Position numbers and translations under genes: made by a program. A DNA stretch of 64,000 bases. Source: an uncultured Chloroflexia bacterium (GTDB taxonomy: Bacteria; Chloroflexota; Chloroflexia; Thermomicrobiales; CFX8). Where the stretch lies: NCBI GenBank assembly GCA_963709995.1, contig CAVPYN010000019.1, positions 127,109 to 191,108 of the forward strand, in the 5' to 3' direction. A model generated the notes under the pieces. That model was not told the DNA's origin and ran no database searches. It saw only the letters and a list, made by a program, of their open reading frames with translations. Positions 62,797-64,000 of the stretch are shown piece after piece (the first letter of the stretch is position 1; every line of letters starts with the position of its first letter).

Positions 62797-63849
62797 ATGA
62801 GCACATCCCCGCCTGGAGTCGAGGAGCTTAGAGAGCTGGCGCTTGCAAGCCTCAAGCTCGTGAGAAGTCAGGATGATCTAGCGGAATGGCACCGTGACCA
62901 GTTGGGGCGGCAGGGCGCGATAAGCCAGTCGCTCCGTGGCATCGGCCAGCTCCTCGCCGCCGAGCGGCCCGCGGCCGGTCAGGCGCTGAATGAACTTCGA
63001 CAGGAGCTCGAAGCCGCGTTTCAAGCCCGGCAGGATGAGATCCGGTCTCAAGAGCTCGACGGTCAACTGCAAGCGGAGGCGGTCGATGTCTCGTTGCCCG
63101 GGCGCCTTCCTCTGGTTGGAAGTCTCCATCCGCTCGCCGCGATGCAACGGGAAGCAATGGACATATTCGCGCATCTCGGCTTCCAGATGGTCGAAGGTCC
63201 GGAAGTGGAGTTCGGGCGCTATAGCTTCGATATGCTGAACATCCCGAAAGACCATCCGGCCCGGGATGTTTGGGACACGATCTTCATCGAATCGAATGAT
63301 GAGGAGATCACGCTCCGACCACACACGTCGCCGATGCAGGTGAGGGTCATGCTTGCTCAGGATCCACCGGTGCGCGTCGTCGTACCGGGTCGTGTGTACC
63401 GCTATGAGGCTCAGGACGCGACCCACGAGTGGCACTTTCAGCAGATCGAGGGATTGGCAGTTGACCGCAACATCACGTTGGCAGACCTCAAAGGAACGCT
63501 AGCTGAATTTGCCCGACAGATCTTCGGCGCAAGCCGGAAAGTGCGATTTCGTTGCGATTTCTTTCCGTTCGTCGAGCCCGGCGTCGACATGTCGATCGAC
63601 TGCCCGTTTTGCGGCGGCGGGGGCTGTCGGGTATGCAGCGGTACGGGCTGGCTTGAGATCCTCGGGGCAGGGATGGTCCATCCCAACGTACTCGAATATG
63701 CCGGCTACGATCCGGATATCTACACTGGCTGGGCATTTGGCATGGGGATCGAGCGGTTGACAATGCTCCGCTATGGAATCAACGATATTCGCAACTTCTA
63801 CCAGAACGACCTGCGATTCCTGCGCCAGTTCCAGCGCGCGCGCTTGTAG
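62797..63849 (+). CDS. pheS: phenylalanine--tRNA ligase alpha subunit
   Basis: HPARD, LRPHTSPMQ, PGRVYR, FPFVEP, WLEILGAGMVHP, AFGMGIER. Confidence 0.97.
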   Translation: MSTSPPGVEELRELALASLKLVRSQDDLAEWHRDQLGRQGAISQSLRGIGQLLAAERPAAGQALNELRQELEAAFQARQDEIRSQELDGQLQAEAVDVSLPGRLPLVGSLHPLAAMQREAMDIFAHLGFQMVEGPEVEFGRYSFDMLNIPKDHPARDVWDTIFIESNDEEITLRPHTSPMQVRVMLAQDPPVRVVVPGRVYRYEAQDATHEWHFQQIEGLAVDRNITLADLKGTLAEFARQIFGASRKVRFRCDFFPFVEPGVDMSIDCPFCGGGGCRVCSGTGWLEILGAGMVHPNVLEYAGYDPDIYTGWAFGMGIERLTMLRYGINDIRNFYQNDLRFLRQFQRARL

Positions 63850-63858
63850 GAGGATCTT

Positions 63859-64000
63859 ATGAAAGTACCGGTTAAGTGGCTGAAGGAATACGTTGCGACC
63901 GATCTATCCGCGGGCGAGATCGCTCGCCGCATGACGATGGCTGGACTAGAAGCCGAGAGTATCGAGCACATCGGCGAGACCTGGGAGAATGTCTTCGTCG
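63859..64000 (+). CDS. pheT: phenylalanine--tRNA ligase beta subunit, 5' part
   Basis: MKVPVKWLKEYV...MTMAGLEAE; SD AGGAGG; follows pheS. Confidence 0.9.
   Translation, partial: MKVPVKWLKEYVATDLSAGEIARRMTMAGLEAESIEHIGETWENVFV

Overview
GC-rich bacterial chromosomal segment. Gene order and protein style suggest Chloroflexota, probably Thermomicrobia (inference). It is mostly core genes: P5C dehydrogenase, pnp-rpsO, ilvBNC with an unannotated Val/Leu/Ile leader-peptide attenuator, otsBA, a MoxR-DUF58-PrsW-transglutaminase-rbsK operon, polA, cysS-rlmB, rplI-dnaB-DnaD-DnaC/I-like loader, TPR-cdaA-cdaR, tuf-secE-nusG-rplKAJL, icd, gpmI, eno and T-box-pheST. There are 7 intact tRNAs and one degenerate tRNA copy. 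Genes at about 5.4-11.8 kb and 20-30.7 kb carry many 1-nt indels, most likely long-read consensus errors. An accessory block (about 42.2-57 kb) surrounds tRNA-Thr(TGT). It holds a decayed full-length duplicate of that tRNA, two flavin oxidoreductases, a membrane-anchored LuxR-HTH/lectin-fold protein, two STAND-type LuxR regulators and a MalT-like regulator/small ACT-like protein/DUF4386/lipoprotein hydrolase module. Other oddities are a PNPase with two S1 domains, a CTG start for rplJ, an ANTAR regulator lacking the phosphoacceptor Asp, and tRNA-Arg(GCG). No CRISPR array, rRNA, integrase or transposase was seen. No database searches were run.
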